DNA from: Eledone cirrhosa
Lineage: Eukaryota
DNA length: 64,000 nt
Assembly (NCBI GenBank): GCA_964016885.1
Contig: OZ024751.1
Span: forward strand, 24,180,001 to 24,244,000
Direction: 5' to 3'
Each line of letters begins with the position of its first letter. Within the stretch, counting starts at the first letter, position 1. Shown here in pieces: positions 12,411-27,046 of the stretch. The translations under genes and the position numbers were made by a program. A model generated the notes under the pieces. The model was not told the DNA's origin and ran no database searches. It saw nothing but the letters and a program-made list of their open reading frames with translations.

Positions 12411-15400
12411 TAATGTCTGATTCAGCAGATTTTCTTTTAATACTTTGAAAATCAATATCTGCAACATCATATGATTGAACAGGGGAATTAGTTATTTCTG
12501 AATTTGCTGTTTCTGCATTGATCGTAGGCGAAAATAAAATTCAGGAGAATAGCAATGGCTTGGATGCCTTTGATCATAAACGTACTTAAACTTGCGTTGA
12601 CCTTAGGTTAAACAACAACACAACGGAAACAACAACAGGTCTAAATGTAAAACACATAATTTTAGAATTTTGCTATTTCTTAAATTAATATTTCTGCAAA
12701 TGCTTTGAAAAAAAAATGTAGGTTAGCCATGCTTTGAATAACTGTAAACATATATGTGCTTTAACTAAAGCTATCATTGAGTTAAATAAAAACAACAACA
12801 AAAGACATGAAGAACTAAAACCGAAATTTACTATAATCTTTTTCTGGTGTGAGAGAAGACACCGCAAGCGTTAGCTTCCACTGGCATCCGTCTGCGATCG
12901 ATATGCTGTGTAACATGGAAAATAAAACATAATCAGACGATGATGTGAAAATTAAAGTATCTATATTCAGAAAAATCTTCGAAGTAAAGTGTGAAAGTAT
13001 GAGGCCTACTGATTAGGGAGTGGATCGTGATGTCTTAGGTTCGATTCCTAGACAGGGCGGTGCGTTGTGTTCTTCAATAAGACGCTTCCTTTCACGTAGG
13101 TGTTCGTGAGAAAACTGGGACCCCTGAATTTAAAATACCCAAGAAACCTTCTTCTATTGGATATCACCTCATATGAGGCCAGCTAAACCTACGTAAGTGT
13201 TGGCAGTAAATGTAAATTTCATTTTGTAAGTAAGTTGAAAAATCAATAATATGAAACGAAGAATGTTGATAACGACTGGTACAGAAATTAAATTCCTAAA
13301 ATAATATTTTTAAACAACTCTATCCTTCTGTCAACTTTCCATCTCTTTAATTGTGGAAATGTTTGATTCCGTTGAAAATATATAACGCTATATTTCATAT
13401 CGGTTTTCTCGCGCTACAATTCAATTGTAATTATTATTATTTTTTTTTATTTTGTTGATGTGATCAATTATTTACCTGTAAATAACCAAGATACTCTCAA
13501 GAATGACCAAATGAGGTTTATTTTCAATATAATCCATGGAAAGAAACAATGCATTTATTACTAATAAGAAGGGTTGAAAAGAATACATACATCATTCCTT
13601 CATAGCCAGTCTATGAACTTTTCAGCCTATCCTCGTATATTAAGAGAAATAAGTTGAAGATCGTACATAAATTCTTGTGCAGTTGGCAGAGAGTTAATCG
13701 GTCGCTTTATGTTTAGTTTTTAAAACATAATTCTTTGACATGAATAAACTTTAAAAGTGATACGCCGTCATTATTTCTTTGGTTAACTTTGCCTTTGATC
13801 CTTACGGGATTGATAAAATAAAGTACCAGTAATGCACTGGTGTAATTGCTGGCCTTGTGCCAAAAATAGAAACAATTATTTCTTTGAAAAATCTAAGTTA
13901 ATTGGGTGCTTTGAAGCATAATTGAATATCTTTTTTTCGTGTGTGTGGGGGGTGGGTGCTGGGGGGGATATTTTAGGAGCATGACCTTATCTCGAAAAGA
14001 AGACATACATTCATATGAGATTTGCTTAATTATATTAACAAACTTAGATGAGATTTGACCCCATAGAAACCTAACAAACACAAATCTGAAGTTAGAAACA
14101 GATTAGGAAACATTTGTCAAAACGCTGTCAAATTTTGCTTGAGAAATGGCGAAGTCATTTGAATGAATCACTCACCCTCTGACTCACTCACTTTAACTCT
14201 TGAAACAGTCGTACGGTTCGCCATCGTGGCATATATCTGGTGAACTGAACACAATCGGTAGCTTCCAAAGAAGGAGAAAGAGGGGTAGATAGAGAAGCAG
14301 AATTTGTCTGGTACTTTATTTATCGACCTAAGAATGATGAACGGTAAAATTGAACACGCAACTTAAGTCAGTTTAAAAATAATTTTTAATTTAGACACAA
14401 GACCAGCAATTTGTGGGTGGACAACGTCGATTATATTTACCTCATTATTTCACTACTACTTTATTTTATCGACTTCAGAAGGATGAAGGGCAAAGTTGAA
14501 CTAGATGGGATTTTAACTCAAAACGTAAATAGCTAGAAAAAAGGTGCTCTAAGGATTCTACCAATCCACAACTCTAATCCAGTTTTTTTCTGCTTTGGGC
14601 ATAAGTTAAGAGGAAAATCGATTAAATGAAGCCTAGTGCGTTAGAGATATATTATGTTATCGACCACCTCGATAACATAATATACCAGCAACGCACTGAT
14701 GTCGATCTGATTGACTTTCCCCTTCCTTTCAAATTGTTGGTCTTGTGCCAAATGTAGAAACAATTATTTTCTTGACCACGTAAGAATGACAGGTAAAGTT
14801 AACGTCCGTGGGATTTGATCTCAGAACGCAAAGCATGTTGTCCAACGCTCTACCAATACTGCCAATCCATCACCCTTATTGATAGTTATTTTATATATAT
14901 CGATCTTGAGATATAAAATAACAATTTTATATCATGTGTTGTAGTTAGAGTGAAAGAGAGAGAAATATATATATATATAGAGAGAGAGAGGGGGGGGGGG
15001 TATTGAAGTCGGAACAGAGATGAGGTTAATTAATGTAAATAACTTCTGGAGAGGAAACAATACATATATTCATTACTTACATTGAGACCAGATATTTTAG
15101 GAGAGCTTACTTTAGATTTAATCGATACTGGGATATTATAGGTACTTATTTTATCGATCGAAGTATGATGAAAGGAGAACACAGCTCAGTAGTATCATAG
15201 TGATTCGGAAGTGATTAGCTGCCAAAAAATTCTACTGTCATTTTAAAGGAGTTTTAGCATACATTTTTGTTCAGAAATGCTATCAAATTCGATAATATAA
15301 GCAGCATTAATCTACTAGAATTATATGTTTCACTAGCTTACAATATTTCAGTTTCGTATAAATACAGACTTACAAACATACGTAAATGCACACACACATA

Positions 15401-16107
15401 CACACATATATATACACACATATATACACACATACACACATGGACGCACGTACAACCACACACATTCTTGTGTACACATGTATAAGTATAATTTCATATA
15501 AACCCACGCAAATTGGCAGCTGGCGAGTGACAAAAGCATTATCTTAAATTACGAATTCTACATAAAATATGACATAAACTTAAATTTCGAAAGTATTGAT
15601 GATTTACTGTGTGATGAACAAGTGTGTAAATGAGAATAAATAATCTAGACAAAGTTTATACATTGCGGTGTGAGATTTAAAGGATGCAGTTTTCCAGATG
15701 GGATAGCTGAGTTTCAGGTTGTTAGTATTCAAGGGTTTATTATGGTACAGAATAGGGGTGAAATTAAGCAAAACAACGGAAAAAGAAAATCAGAAAAGAG
15801 AATGGACAATGAAATACTTTATTTCAACTGTTTACATTTCATCTACTTCCACATTTGTAACATACACCATAGATTAGGAAGTAGGCTTGATGTGATTTTT
15901 TTTCGATTCTGGATGGTTCCCGTTCCACATTATATATAGGACCAGAACAGTTCTAGACGTGTGGACGTCATTTCTATCATATATATATATATATATATAT
16001 ATAGGAACAAGTATGTCATACTTGTTCCTATTACCCACTCTACTACCCTAAGTATTGAGTACTTTGGTGCGTTATGGTCCACCTGGTTCCTTACCACATT
16101 TCCTTCG

Positions 16108-16243
<136 letters not shown>

Positions 16244-16351
16244 GCATTTGATCTGAGAATGTAGAAAGTAGTAAATAAACAACGGTCAAGAAACCATTTT
16301 GCCCAACGGTTTTCCGATACTGCCAATCAACCATCTGGGGTCCTACTCGTT

Positions 16352-16432
<81 letters not shown>

Positions 16433-17114
16433 AAATTATTTCTTTTGGTGAGAGCATCCCGCAGTGTTGTTTATGTCTGAGAAACGAATCTATGTGTAAA
16501 GCAATTTTAAATAGTTTTGTTCTTTTCATTGAATTGCTTCCAATACGCCATGGAGAGAAAGATCTAGAAGTAGATTGTGGATTGTTGGCGTTAAGTGGCA
16601 GGATTTTTAAAGTGTTTCAACTATTATCGAAGTATAGTTAATCAATATGGATTGCCTTGAATAGTGTTTATCAGTCAGTGTTTTCCCCGTTACCTGCTTT
16701 GATTGCAGCACGATGTGTGTTGTTGGACGAGAAAATTACAATGTCTCGCATTGGTGGATGTTTACAATTCTTCTGCGGTAATTATCTAGAAAATATAACG
16801 TTTTTCAACAAACAAGGACGAATATAGCAATGGCGGCATATTTGAATTCACAGATTTCGTGTTTTAAAGATGTCCTCCGGTGCATTCTACTTGACACAAT
16901 TTATCCCCAACTGTTAAAAATTTTAAGGTATTGGGAATAAAACTGTAAACAACTAAATATCATGTATACATTAATTAAAATAACAATACCTCATGCAAAA
17001 TATCCCTTTAGACATTAAGAGCAAACAAATAAAATTGTACGAATTTATTTTATGTTATGTTTTTGCATCGATCGAGTAACAGTCTTTGAATTTGACACTA
17101 TATATATATATATA

Positions 17115-17264
17115 TAACGAAGGAAATATGATAAGAAACCAGGTGGACCATAACGCACCAAAGTACTTGAGTACTTGAGTACTTAGGGTAGTAGAGTGGG
17201 TAATAGCAACGAGTAGGACCCCGACGGCTGAGCTCAAGCCGTTTCGACGGCTAATTCTGGACTC
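17115..17264 (-). mobile_element. ~140-bp (TA)n-associated element, family A (other copies 11194-11238, 16003-16110, 44935-44995, 45549-45692, 48293-48429, 55061-55347, 57024-57244; diverged copy 20612-20676)
   Basis: Consensus agtccagaattagccgtcgaaacggcttgagctcagccgtcggggtcctactcgttcctattacccactctactaccctaagtattgagtactttggtgcgttatggtccacctggttccttaccacatttccttcgtta, abutting (TA)n. Confidence 0.85.
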
Positions 17265-17416
17265 TATATATATATAGAGTGAGAGAGATAGGTAGACAGA
17301 TAGATAGATAGATACATACATACATACATATATATACATATATATATATATATACTCATATATATATTTATATATGTGTGTGTGTGTATATATATATATA
17401 TGTATATATATATATT

Positions 17417-17497
<81 letters not shown>

Positions 17498-17585
17498 AGG
17501 AGGTGAGTTTTATTGTAATACAATAAAGCAATGCAGATATCGGATAAGAAGCACTCTACAGTTTGTAGGACTGGAGTATACATAA

Positions 17586-17895
17586 TATATAAGAACAAAA
17601 GATGGTTAAAAGAGTTCCATGTATTTTATTATGCGCATTTCAAAAACAAATATCATCATGCAATAATATTTGTGTTTTCATCAGATAAAACAGGAAGACA
17701 TGATATGAAGGTTAAAAATCACTTGTAGATAGTGCACTAAAACTGCACTATCCACAAGTGTTTTTTAACCTTCATATCATGTCTTTCTGTTTTATCTGAT
17801 GAAAACACAAATATTATTGCATGATGATATTTGTTTTTGAAATGCGCATAATAAAATACATGGAACTCTTTTAACCATCTTTTGTTCTTATATAT
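17586..17895. mobile_element. ~310-bp fold-back PLE-like element with a hammerhead in each arm
   Basis: Arms 17586-17736 and 17744-17895 are near-perfect inverted repeats around a 7-nt loop, ending in (TA)n. Confidence 0.85.
17790..17856 (+). ncRNA. Minimal type-I hammerhead ribozyme (mirror copy 17624-17690, minus strand)
   Basis: TTTTAT-CTGATGA-AAAcACAAATATTAT-tgcatg-ATGATATTTGTtTTT-GAAA-TGCGCA-T-A-ATAAAA. Stem I 6 bp, stem II ~14 bp, palindromic stem III ATGCGCAT, AUA site. Confidence 0.85.
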
Positions 17896-18572
17896 ATATG
17901 TATATATATATATATATATATGCGTGCTTCATCATCATTGTCATCATCAACATCATCATCATCATGACCATTATCACTATCATTCTCGATGTCGATGTTT
18001 TCGTCGTTAATGTTATTATAATATATATTCAACAGTGCCTTATAACCATTGTTTATCTCACATTATTATCATTGTATTTGTTATATGTATTAATTATTTA
18101 TCTAATACGTAAACATAAAGTAAATGAATTCCAACCTGATATTAAATAAAATTGTTTAGAAACGAAACTAAATTATATAAAAGCTGTTCGACTATTTCTC
18201 ACCTGTTCCTGCTCTGTAGCAGAGCCATTAATTTCAATATATTAAGCTATTAATAATTATATAATATCTTCTTAGTAAATCTGAATCTAACCAGGCGTTA
18301 ATCAATGTATTGTCAATAACCACTATTACATTAACCATGTATTTCTAATTAGTTTTGTGTAATTTAGAGAGTTGTTAATGTTAGTGTTGAAGTTAGGGAT
18401 ATGCCCTAAGGTTTTTAGAGTATGTAAGAAATAAGTGGTTAAGGCGTTCGACTCGTCATTGTATTGTCGAGAGTTTGATTCCTGTTGGGATGTTGTGTTC
18501 TTGAGCAACAACAGAGACAAATTATTGCCAGTTTTTCGATCAATAGAACAGCCAGCTCATGAAATTAATGTA

Positions 18573-19547
18573 CAGGGTGGTCCGAAAGTCTTCTCACCCC
18601 TTGTCACATATTGTTTTAACTTTCATTATTTTTTGTTTTAGGGTGGTGGATTGGCAGTATCGGTAGAGGGTCGGACACCATGCTTTGCAGCATAGAGTTA
18701 CGGCCCTTTATGATCTGAGTTCAAATCCAGCCGAGGTTAACTTTGCCTTTCATCCTTACGGGGTCGGTAAAATAAAGTGCCAGTCACGCACTGGCGTCAT
18801 TTTAATCCACCTACTCCCAAATTGCTGGCCTTGTGCCTATATAAGAAACCATTATTTTTTGTTTTAGGGTGGTGGATTGGCAGTATCGGTAGAGGGTCGG
18901 ACGCCATGCTTTGATGCAGAGAGTTACAGCCCTTTCCAATCTGAGTTCAAATCCCGCTGAGTTTAAATTTGCCTTTCATCCTTACGGGGTCGATATAATA
19001 AAGTACCAGTAATGCACTGGGTAATTGCTGGCCTTGCGCCCAAAGTAGAAACAATTATTTTTTGTTTTAATAATATAATATATAATATCATTAATTATAA
19101 TAGGGCGGTGGATTGGCAGTATCGGTAGAGGGTCGGACGCCATGCTTTGCAGCAAAGAGTTACGGCCCTTTATGGTCTGAGTTCAAATCCCGCCGAGGTT
19201 AACTTTGCCTTTCATCTTTACGGGGTCGATAAAATAAAGTACCAGTAATGTACTGGGTAATTGCTGGCATCGTGCTAAAAGTAGGAACAATTAATTATAA
19301 TATATAATAATAATAATAATAATATAATTTTCTATTTCAGAGCTCCTACAGTTTGGAAGAGAGGCTGCTTGCAAGAATATGAACACATGATCGTGTGCAT
19401 TCTGGCAAGAGTATGGAGGATGTTCGACATGGCTTCACTACAAGATTCAGCAAACCGACTCCTCCGAAGAGGACGATACTGCGATGGGTACATAAACTGT
19501 TTCTCATTACATTTTGGTAGGGGGTGACAAGACTTTCCACCACCCTG
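18573..19547 (+). mobile_element. Internally deleted Tc1/mariner-superfamily element (DUF4817/DD41D-like) containing three nested SINEs
   Basis: TA-flanked TIRs cagggtggtccgaaagtcttctcacccc / ggggtgacaagactttccaccaccctg. ~19348-19502 translates to YSLEERLLARI*THDRVHSGKSMEDVRHGFTTRFSKPTPPKRTILRWVHKLF, resembling a transposase N-terminal HTH region. Confidence 0.75.
18641..19293 (+). mobile_element. Three tandem family-1 SINEs (18641-18856, 18867-19059, 19103-19293)
   Basis: Each has A and B boxes and the ggtcgataaaataaagtaccag-type core. Confidence 0.9.
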
Positions 19548-20690
19548 TATAATGGATAAGCATTCCACAGACACGTGTAGTCTTAACGGAATTTCTTATG
19601 GTGAATTAGCCTGAGATGATGTGTGACAGGGTAGATTCTTTGAATTACAAATACAATCCATCCAACAGGCTTCCAAACAGTTTCTGTCAGCTCTGTGTCA
19701 CTCACAAGGCAGGGGCTGACCCGAGGCTATAGTAAAGGACATTTTCCCAAGATGCTACCTGGGAGGGGTATTCAACCCGAGATCTAATCAACGATCAATG
19801 CGCAGCAATCTTCTTAACCATTCGCCTATGCAGCTTCTACCAGCAACTATTCACTATGAATTTCACTGTTAGCTCATGTAATGTCAAATAAAATAAAATA
19901 AAAATAATACAAAACAAAACAAAAATAAACAAAATTAAATTAAATAATTAGATATATGTTATTACATTTTAAATATGTTTTAAAAATTATTTAAAATAAT
20001 ATTTTATCTCATAATTATTCAAAATTTTCTATATAACATTATTTTTAATATCTCTTAACTGTAGTCTTCATTTAATGCGCATTGTTGCTATATCCCAGAA
20101 TTTACATACGATTTCGTCGTTCAAAAGATATGCTTTGGAAGAGGGCTCCAGGCTAACACGAAATGTCATAGATTGTCTGCCTGGCAGCGATTCTCTAACA
20201 TGATTTTGTATGAAGCACTGTTTAAAACATTAGCTTGATGAACACGTGTATTTCTCCTCTATACATCTGTGGCACAGAAATCTTATGCAGGATGTAAAAG
20301 GCTAAACTATTTCTCTCTCTCTCTCTCTCGATCGATATATATATATATATATAATTTTACCCTAACCACTGATATTAAAATATTTGCATAATTTACCAAT
20401 TCCCACATTCTCTTCAGAAACATAAACAGTTTACGTCTAGAAAGAAAGGAAATAATTCTTTCGTTTAACATCAGAACATTTACAAGTTTATTTCTACTTA
20501 TAATTCTCTATATCTACAAATATATTTTCGTCTCTCCCTCTTTCCCCCCCCCTCTCTCTCTCTCTCCATATATATATATAAAAATATATATATACATATA
20601 TATATATATAGCAGTTCGGACCCAGCTGTCGAAACGGCCGGAGCTCGACCAGCCGTCGGGGTCCTGAATCCTTTCATATATATGTATATA

Positions 20691-21605
20691 CGAGGTGTGT
20701 CAGAAAAGTTCCAGGACTGATGTCACAAAATATTTATTTCAAACCCAAACTTCACATTAAGAGTTTTCTCCTTCAAAGTAATCCCCCTGGAGTATGTAAC
20801 TGTAATCTTAGCTCTCTGCAGCGATCAAACTTTTTTCTTCATAATTTTATATACATGTCCTCTGTTTCAGGTCGTCAAGCAATGAGCACAAAGCAACGAA
20901 CAAACTTGAAAACTCCGTCAGAAGCACTGGGATTGCTGCAGCAAGTGTATGGAGATGAGACGATGTCACGCTAATGTGTTTTTGAGTGGTACAAGAGGTT
21001 TAAAGAAGGACGCGAGGACGTGGAAGATGACCCCCCCCCCCCCCCACCAGGAGCGGAAAACCCTCAACAACCAGGACTGATGTGAACGTTGAGCGCGTCA
21101 GGCAGATGGTGCGTAGCGTTCGTCGGCTGACTGTTCGACTGATGGCAAATGAGCTGGGCATGAATCGGGACAGCGTCTGGAAGATTCTCACTGAAGATTT
21201 GGACATGCGGAAAGTCTGCGCGAAGATGGTGCCAAAACTGCTGAACGATGACCAGAAGGGTCGACGCATACATGTGTGCCAGGACATCCTTGAACGTCTT
21301 GAAACCGAAGCAGACTTGCTAGGGACAGTCATCACCGGTGATGAGTCAAGTCATGGATCTTCGAGTACGACCCGGAGGGGACCCGTTTTGAAGACATGGA
21401 CGACATCAAAAAGGCCGTGACGACGTAACTCCGGAGGATCGCTGAAGAATCCTTCCAGGAGTGCATGCAAGCGTGGCAGAAAAGGATGGAAAAGTGCATT
21501 AGACTCCAGGGGGATTACTTTGAAGGAAAAAACTCTTAGTGTGAAGTTTGGGTTTGAAATAAATCTTTTGTGACATCAGTCCTGGAACTTTTCTGACCCA
21601 CCTCG
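20691..21605 (+). mobile_element. Internally deleted mariner transposon with 103-bp TIRs
   Basis: TA TSD; TIRs 20691-20793 and 21503-21605. Broken transposase: [74 protein letters not shown] [deletion] GTRFEDMDDIKK..WQKRMEKCIRLQGDYFEG. Confidence 0.95.
20882..21530 (+). pseudogene. Mariner transposase pseudogene
   Basis: WVP-type motif (MVPKLL) and first catalytic TGDE are present. Stops, frameshifts, and loss of the second and third Asp region (no YSPDL). Confidence 0.9.
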
Positions 21606-21639
21606 TACATATGTATGTATATACATATGTATAAATATC

Positions 21640-21707
<68 letters not shown>

Positions 21708-22315
21708 GGTGGCTGCCAACTCGTTTTCGAGTACGGCCACTACTTTTTATCCATGTAGGAGAACCCCTACCGATGCGCTGAACGAGTGTGACTTTTTAGT
21801 CCAGCCAGCGACTTGAAAACTCTGGTACAAACACTACACCTGTGACAATTATTGACACAGTGCTGGGCCCATGGTACCATGTGACGACAGGTGCAGAGAG
21901 ATCTCCAGATATAAAGCAATCCCTGTGCCGTGAAGCTTTTATAGTGAGCAAAGGCACTGCACAAAGCCAGTCCCACTCTCTTAACCAAGATGATATTTAC
22001 CAAAAAGAAGAACAAGTCAACATCATTGGATACCATCAGGGTTGCAGGTGTTATATCAGAGTTTTCCTTCTCCTAGAATTCTGCCTTGACAAAGGCTAAG
22101 GGGTCATCTCTCCCGGTGATTTTGGATGGCCATTAACTCTTAAGAGCTCCTTTGCCCTTTGACGGGTTTTGTTTTTAGTCCTGCAGGATGTCCAAAGTCA
22201 CCCTCCTCACCAAGAAACCTTGGTGGGGTTGCCAGTTTAGTCGCCAACGACCCGACCATGAGTCAGGTTGTACTGGGATACATGTTACCAGTAGCACCAA
22301 CTGGTGACCTGACAT
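21708..22315 (-). mobile_element. RTE-clade LINE-derived non-autonomous remnant
   Basis: Minus-strand ORF ends CSVCTRVFKSLAGLKSHTRSAHR*, resembling the terminal C2H2 finger of RTE/BovB ORFs. The upstream part resembles RTE 5'-UTR sequence (recalled). No RT domain seen. Confidence 0.55.
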
Positions 22316-22486
22316 AATATATATATACATATATACATATATATTATACATATATGCATATGTGTATATATATATAATATATATAGGTATAATATATAGT
22401 GTATATATATATATATATAAGGAAAAAAGATGAAATCGAAAATTCAACTGGAGTCTTTTTTTTTAAATATATATATTTATTTGGTT

Positions 22487-22524
22487 CCTTTACCAGTTTC
22501 GCAGTTCTTCTGCTTTTCAAAAGA
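22487..22524 (-). ncRNA. Minimal type-I hammerhead ribozyme (family E; degenerate relatives 24914-24956 +, 34619-34662 -, 35719-35762 +)
   Basis: Reverse complement reads TCTT-TTGAAAA-GCAG-aagaa-CTGC-GAAA-CTGG-T-A-AAGG. Relatives keep the palindromic ACCGGT stem III and U3-A8 core. Confidence 0.65.
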
Positions 22525-24171
22525 GTTGAGATTGAGGGTCTGTGGTTTTTCTCACATCTCATATATATATATCCTTATATTAAGAGTGTCAGAAATATAT
22601 CTCGCTTCATCTAAATTGAAAACTTTCTTGAGCAAACAATTTCCTGCATTTACACTACAGGAAATGTAAAATTCTCATATTTATAGACAGTATGGTAAAG
22701 AATTGGCAAGCTCCTTCTGCTTTGGATTTCAAATGGTTCGGTATTTGTTCCAAATTTCTACGTTCCGAGTTCTACTTTTCCTATCATTAATTCGAGATCG
22801 ATTAATAAAAACCTAGTCGAAATTTGGGGTTAATTCTTTCTCTCTTTCTCTATGGACTCTATGGATGGGTTCAGCTGGCAGTGTTCTGCCCGGCCACACC
22901 CCAGGTGGATAATGCCCAAGATCAAATCACGGCGAAGTCAAGTTTACTTTTCATCCTCCTGGATCAAGAAAATAAAGTACCAGTGGAATATTAGGGTCGA
23001 ATTAATTGACTTTCACCTAATCAAGGTGTGTGGCTGATTGGTTAGAGAACTGGATTCGCATTCATAAGGTTCTCAGTTCGATTCCTGGACCGAGCGATGC
23101 GTTATGTCCTTGAGCAAGACACTTTATTTCACGTTGCTCCTTCTACCTAGAGTTTCGACCGATAGATAGTATTAACAATTGGAAAGACCAAAGGAAACAT
23201 TGTTTCCTCGGTCCGATTTGACAAAAGTCGATCGACTTGTTCTCTCTCACCTAATCACAAATGCTTGCCCTTATGTTAATATTAGAAAGAATGAATTATT
23301 ATGAAAAGAATAACGGAAGAACTGTTAAGGAATCTTACGAAATTCTGTGCTGTATTTAATTATAACCATTTAATACCGTCGAGATTAATATTGCTTTTCA
23401 TTCGTAAGACTTCTATAAAATCCAAATATCATCATGTGCTGCGCTGAAAGTATCAACTTTTCCTTCCCCGGAGATTGCAGGTCTTCTGCTTAAGTTAGAA
23501 AATATTCATTTCATGTAACTATATATTTATTTCGTGTAGAGATAATTTTTTATTTAAGATACAAGCAGTTTTTGAAAAAATTATGAAAGCGCTAAAATAG
23601 AGTGCATGCATGATCTAATGTTTAAATGTGTATAACGTTTAAATATTTATTTATCTATAAATCATATAAAATAGCTTCGTGCTTGCCGGAGGATGTAAAT
23701 GATACAGAAAGCTAGAAATAGCGTTATCACATTCATAAGATGGAATTGTATTTATGTAATATTTTTTATCAGCAGATGTTAATTAAATATCTCTCATAGA
23801 AAAAGATGTAAGAAATGAAAGAAATAATAACACCGCTTTGGTACAGAGAATGTTAACAAAACGTGTTAGATGAGAAACGAATAGAGTTACTGTCATTTAC
23901 GGTCAGAGTTCAAATCCCGCCGAGGTTAACTTTGCCTTTCGTCCTTACGGGGTCGATAAAATAAAGTACCAGTAATGCACTGGGGTCGATATAATCGACT
24001 TTCCCCTCCCCCTAAGTTACTGGCCTTGTGTCTATACTAGAAATCATTATTTCTTTCTAGAGACTATGTTGAAAATTAAACCTCATTTGGTCATTCTCTG
24101 AAATTTTCATTTTCAGTCGACCCTCGAATATACACATGTATGAATGCTTTTACATGTGTCCTCACTTGCAT

Positions 24172-24226
<55 letters not shown>

Positions 24227-24751
24227 ATATATATGTATGTATATATATTATATATATACATACATACATACTTTCATTCATTTCCGATATCCAATTATTT
24301 CTTCATGATATTATCTTTCATAACAGCGTGAGGAAGTTCAGACAGAATTCATTAGCTTATATGTAGAGCCTTTAAACATTCCCTAACCTTCACCTAGTTA
24401 TAGGTTCTATGTCATGTAATTATATTACTCATGTATGTGTATTTTGTGTAGGGACCATACGTTAATACCTATATAAGTTTAAAATATAGCATATATTATT
24501 TTATTCTTTTATTCTTTAATTGTTTCTCTCATTAGACTACGACAATATTACGACATCTGCTTAATGGCATATACAGTGGAATATATCGACCCCATTATCT
24601 ATATTTTGAAGCCTGGTTCGTATCTTAGCGGTATTTCTTTTGTAGAACCGCTAGGTTGCGGAATATATACAGAGACACAGACATAAACGTGAATATATCC
24701 ATTGATACATTCACACACTCACACACACACACAGACACAGACACACACACA

Positions 24752-24812
<61 letters not shown>

Positions 24813-25143
24813 GCATGATGGGAGAAAAATTACTCAAACATTCGATTTTGATTTTAATTTTAAACCTTTCATTTTTTACTCCTATCAACTCTTTTTAATT
24901 AACTTTTTACACTACATTTGACAAGATGGATTTTAATACATCGAAACCGGTAATTTTCTCATATACTTTATATACGTCATAAAAAAATGTTTTAAAAAGA
25001 ATTGTCCCTCTCTTCTTTTAATAATATTATCTTTTTAACAATGTCAATTTGTCGCTTCTTTTTCTTCTTCTTTTTCTAACTCTCTTACTTACTCTTTACC
25101 ACACTCTCTCTGTCTCTCTCTCTCTCTCTCACTCACCCCCCCC

Positions 25144-25180
<37 letters not shown>

Positions 25181-26276
25181 ACACACCCTCTTTCTTTCTC
25201 TCTCTCTCTCTCTCCTTTTCTAGAAGAATTGGACTGTGTTAAGACCTAAAGAGGAGAGGATCTCCACTACGTTTAAAATGCCGAAGAAACGCCCTATTTC
25301 ACAACGGCGCCCTAACTCCATCAGGAATTACACGCCTATTCAACAAAATGTTTACTTACTTGTGGTGTTGTATAAATTACAACAAGCGAACTTGTTTGGG
25401 TGGATTTTTTTCTATATTAGAACTTAATTTTTATAGGAAGAATTGAAATAGTTAAATAAAATAAAAATCAGCAGCGTACATAACCTCTGTATGTTTACCA
25501 TTCTAGTAATGTTGTGTACAGAATGAATAGAATTACGTGGCTACTTTGTTTAACTTAACTTATAAAGAGACATCAAGTTGGATGGAACATAATACATCAT
25601 TTAAAGAGATATTCTAATAGGTTTAATGGCACAAAAAAGAAACATTAGCATATGTTGTAAACAATGTTAAGCTGTTCATATATTTGCTCCAACAACGTTA
25701 TAGCTTGTTGCCAAAGAATATGCTCTTTTATCGATAAATAACTGGTCGGCGCCATTTTATTAACGGAAATATATAGATTCTGTCTAATTGAATTCATTTC
25801 TAGATAGCTATTATTGGAGAAACTGAAGGAGAATTCTGCCTTGTAGCATTGTAAATACTAATAATGATTGTAATATATTTATAACCATGACACATTAAGG
25901 TTATTTCCTTCAATTTTACAGGTAAACGTCTATTGGGAATTAAAAGTTTTAACAAACGTCGCATTCGTATGGAAAGTTATTCAGCAGCGATAACCACTTA
26001 AAACCAATTAAAATCATTCACGGGTTAAGTGAAAATCGATCTTTACAAATATATCATGTTCAGGTTTGATCTATTTTGGGATTTAAGTGGGGTTAAAAAA
26101 TATACTCGATGCATACACACTCATATTCAAACTGATGCATACACACTCATATTCAAACAATTAAATATACTTCACACATTCACACACACACACATACACA
26201 CACATATATATATATATTTCAGAAGATCCCGTTAAGGGTGAAAGCAACGATTCTTTGCTTAAACTTTAATCTGTTA

Positions 26277-26633
<357 letters not shown>

Positions 26634-26749
26634 CATAAAATGCTCGGATCTATTCATTGGAATCTTTGAACATATTCTACAGTGGATATGGCGCATGTCT
26701 CGGACATGACTCCCTTAATTTAATTTGTATATATATATATATATATATG

Positions 26750-26941
26750 AGTCTCGGATTCAATCGGGAGTAAACACAGTAAGTAAGGTACTCAACATAT
26801 TAATAGAGTGTAAACATTGTTTAGTATAGATATGGCTTCTACGGGAGTAGAACTGTTTCATTCAAAACAAGTCAGGCTTCCCTGAAGATTTCTTTTGAAT
26901 GAAACAGTTCTAATCCTGTAGAAGTCATTTCTATATTAAAC
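26750..26941 (-). mobile_element. (TA)n-associated element family B with fold-back (other copies 6383-6447, 29789-29991)
   Basis: Shared end gtattgagtaccttacttactgtggttacc...attcaacccggaataa. The inverted arms carry CCTGA(T/A)GA-tttc...gaat-GAAACAGTTC, a HHR-like core without a clear stem I. Confidence 0.7.
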
Positions 26942-26944
26942 ATA

Positions 26945-27046
<102 letters not shown>

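Noticed and set aside
12370-12510. Protein-looking minus-strand frame (..ETANSEITNSPVQSYDVADIDFQSIKRKSAESD..)
   Set aside because: Short, stop immediately upstream, runs into the minisatellite, no recognisable homology.
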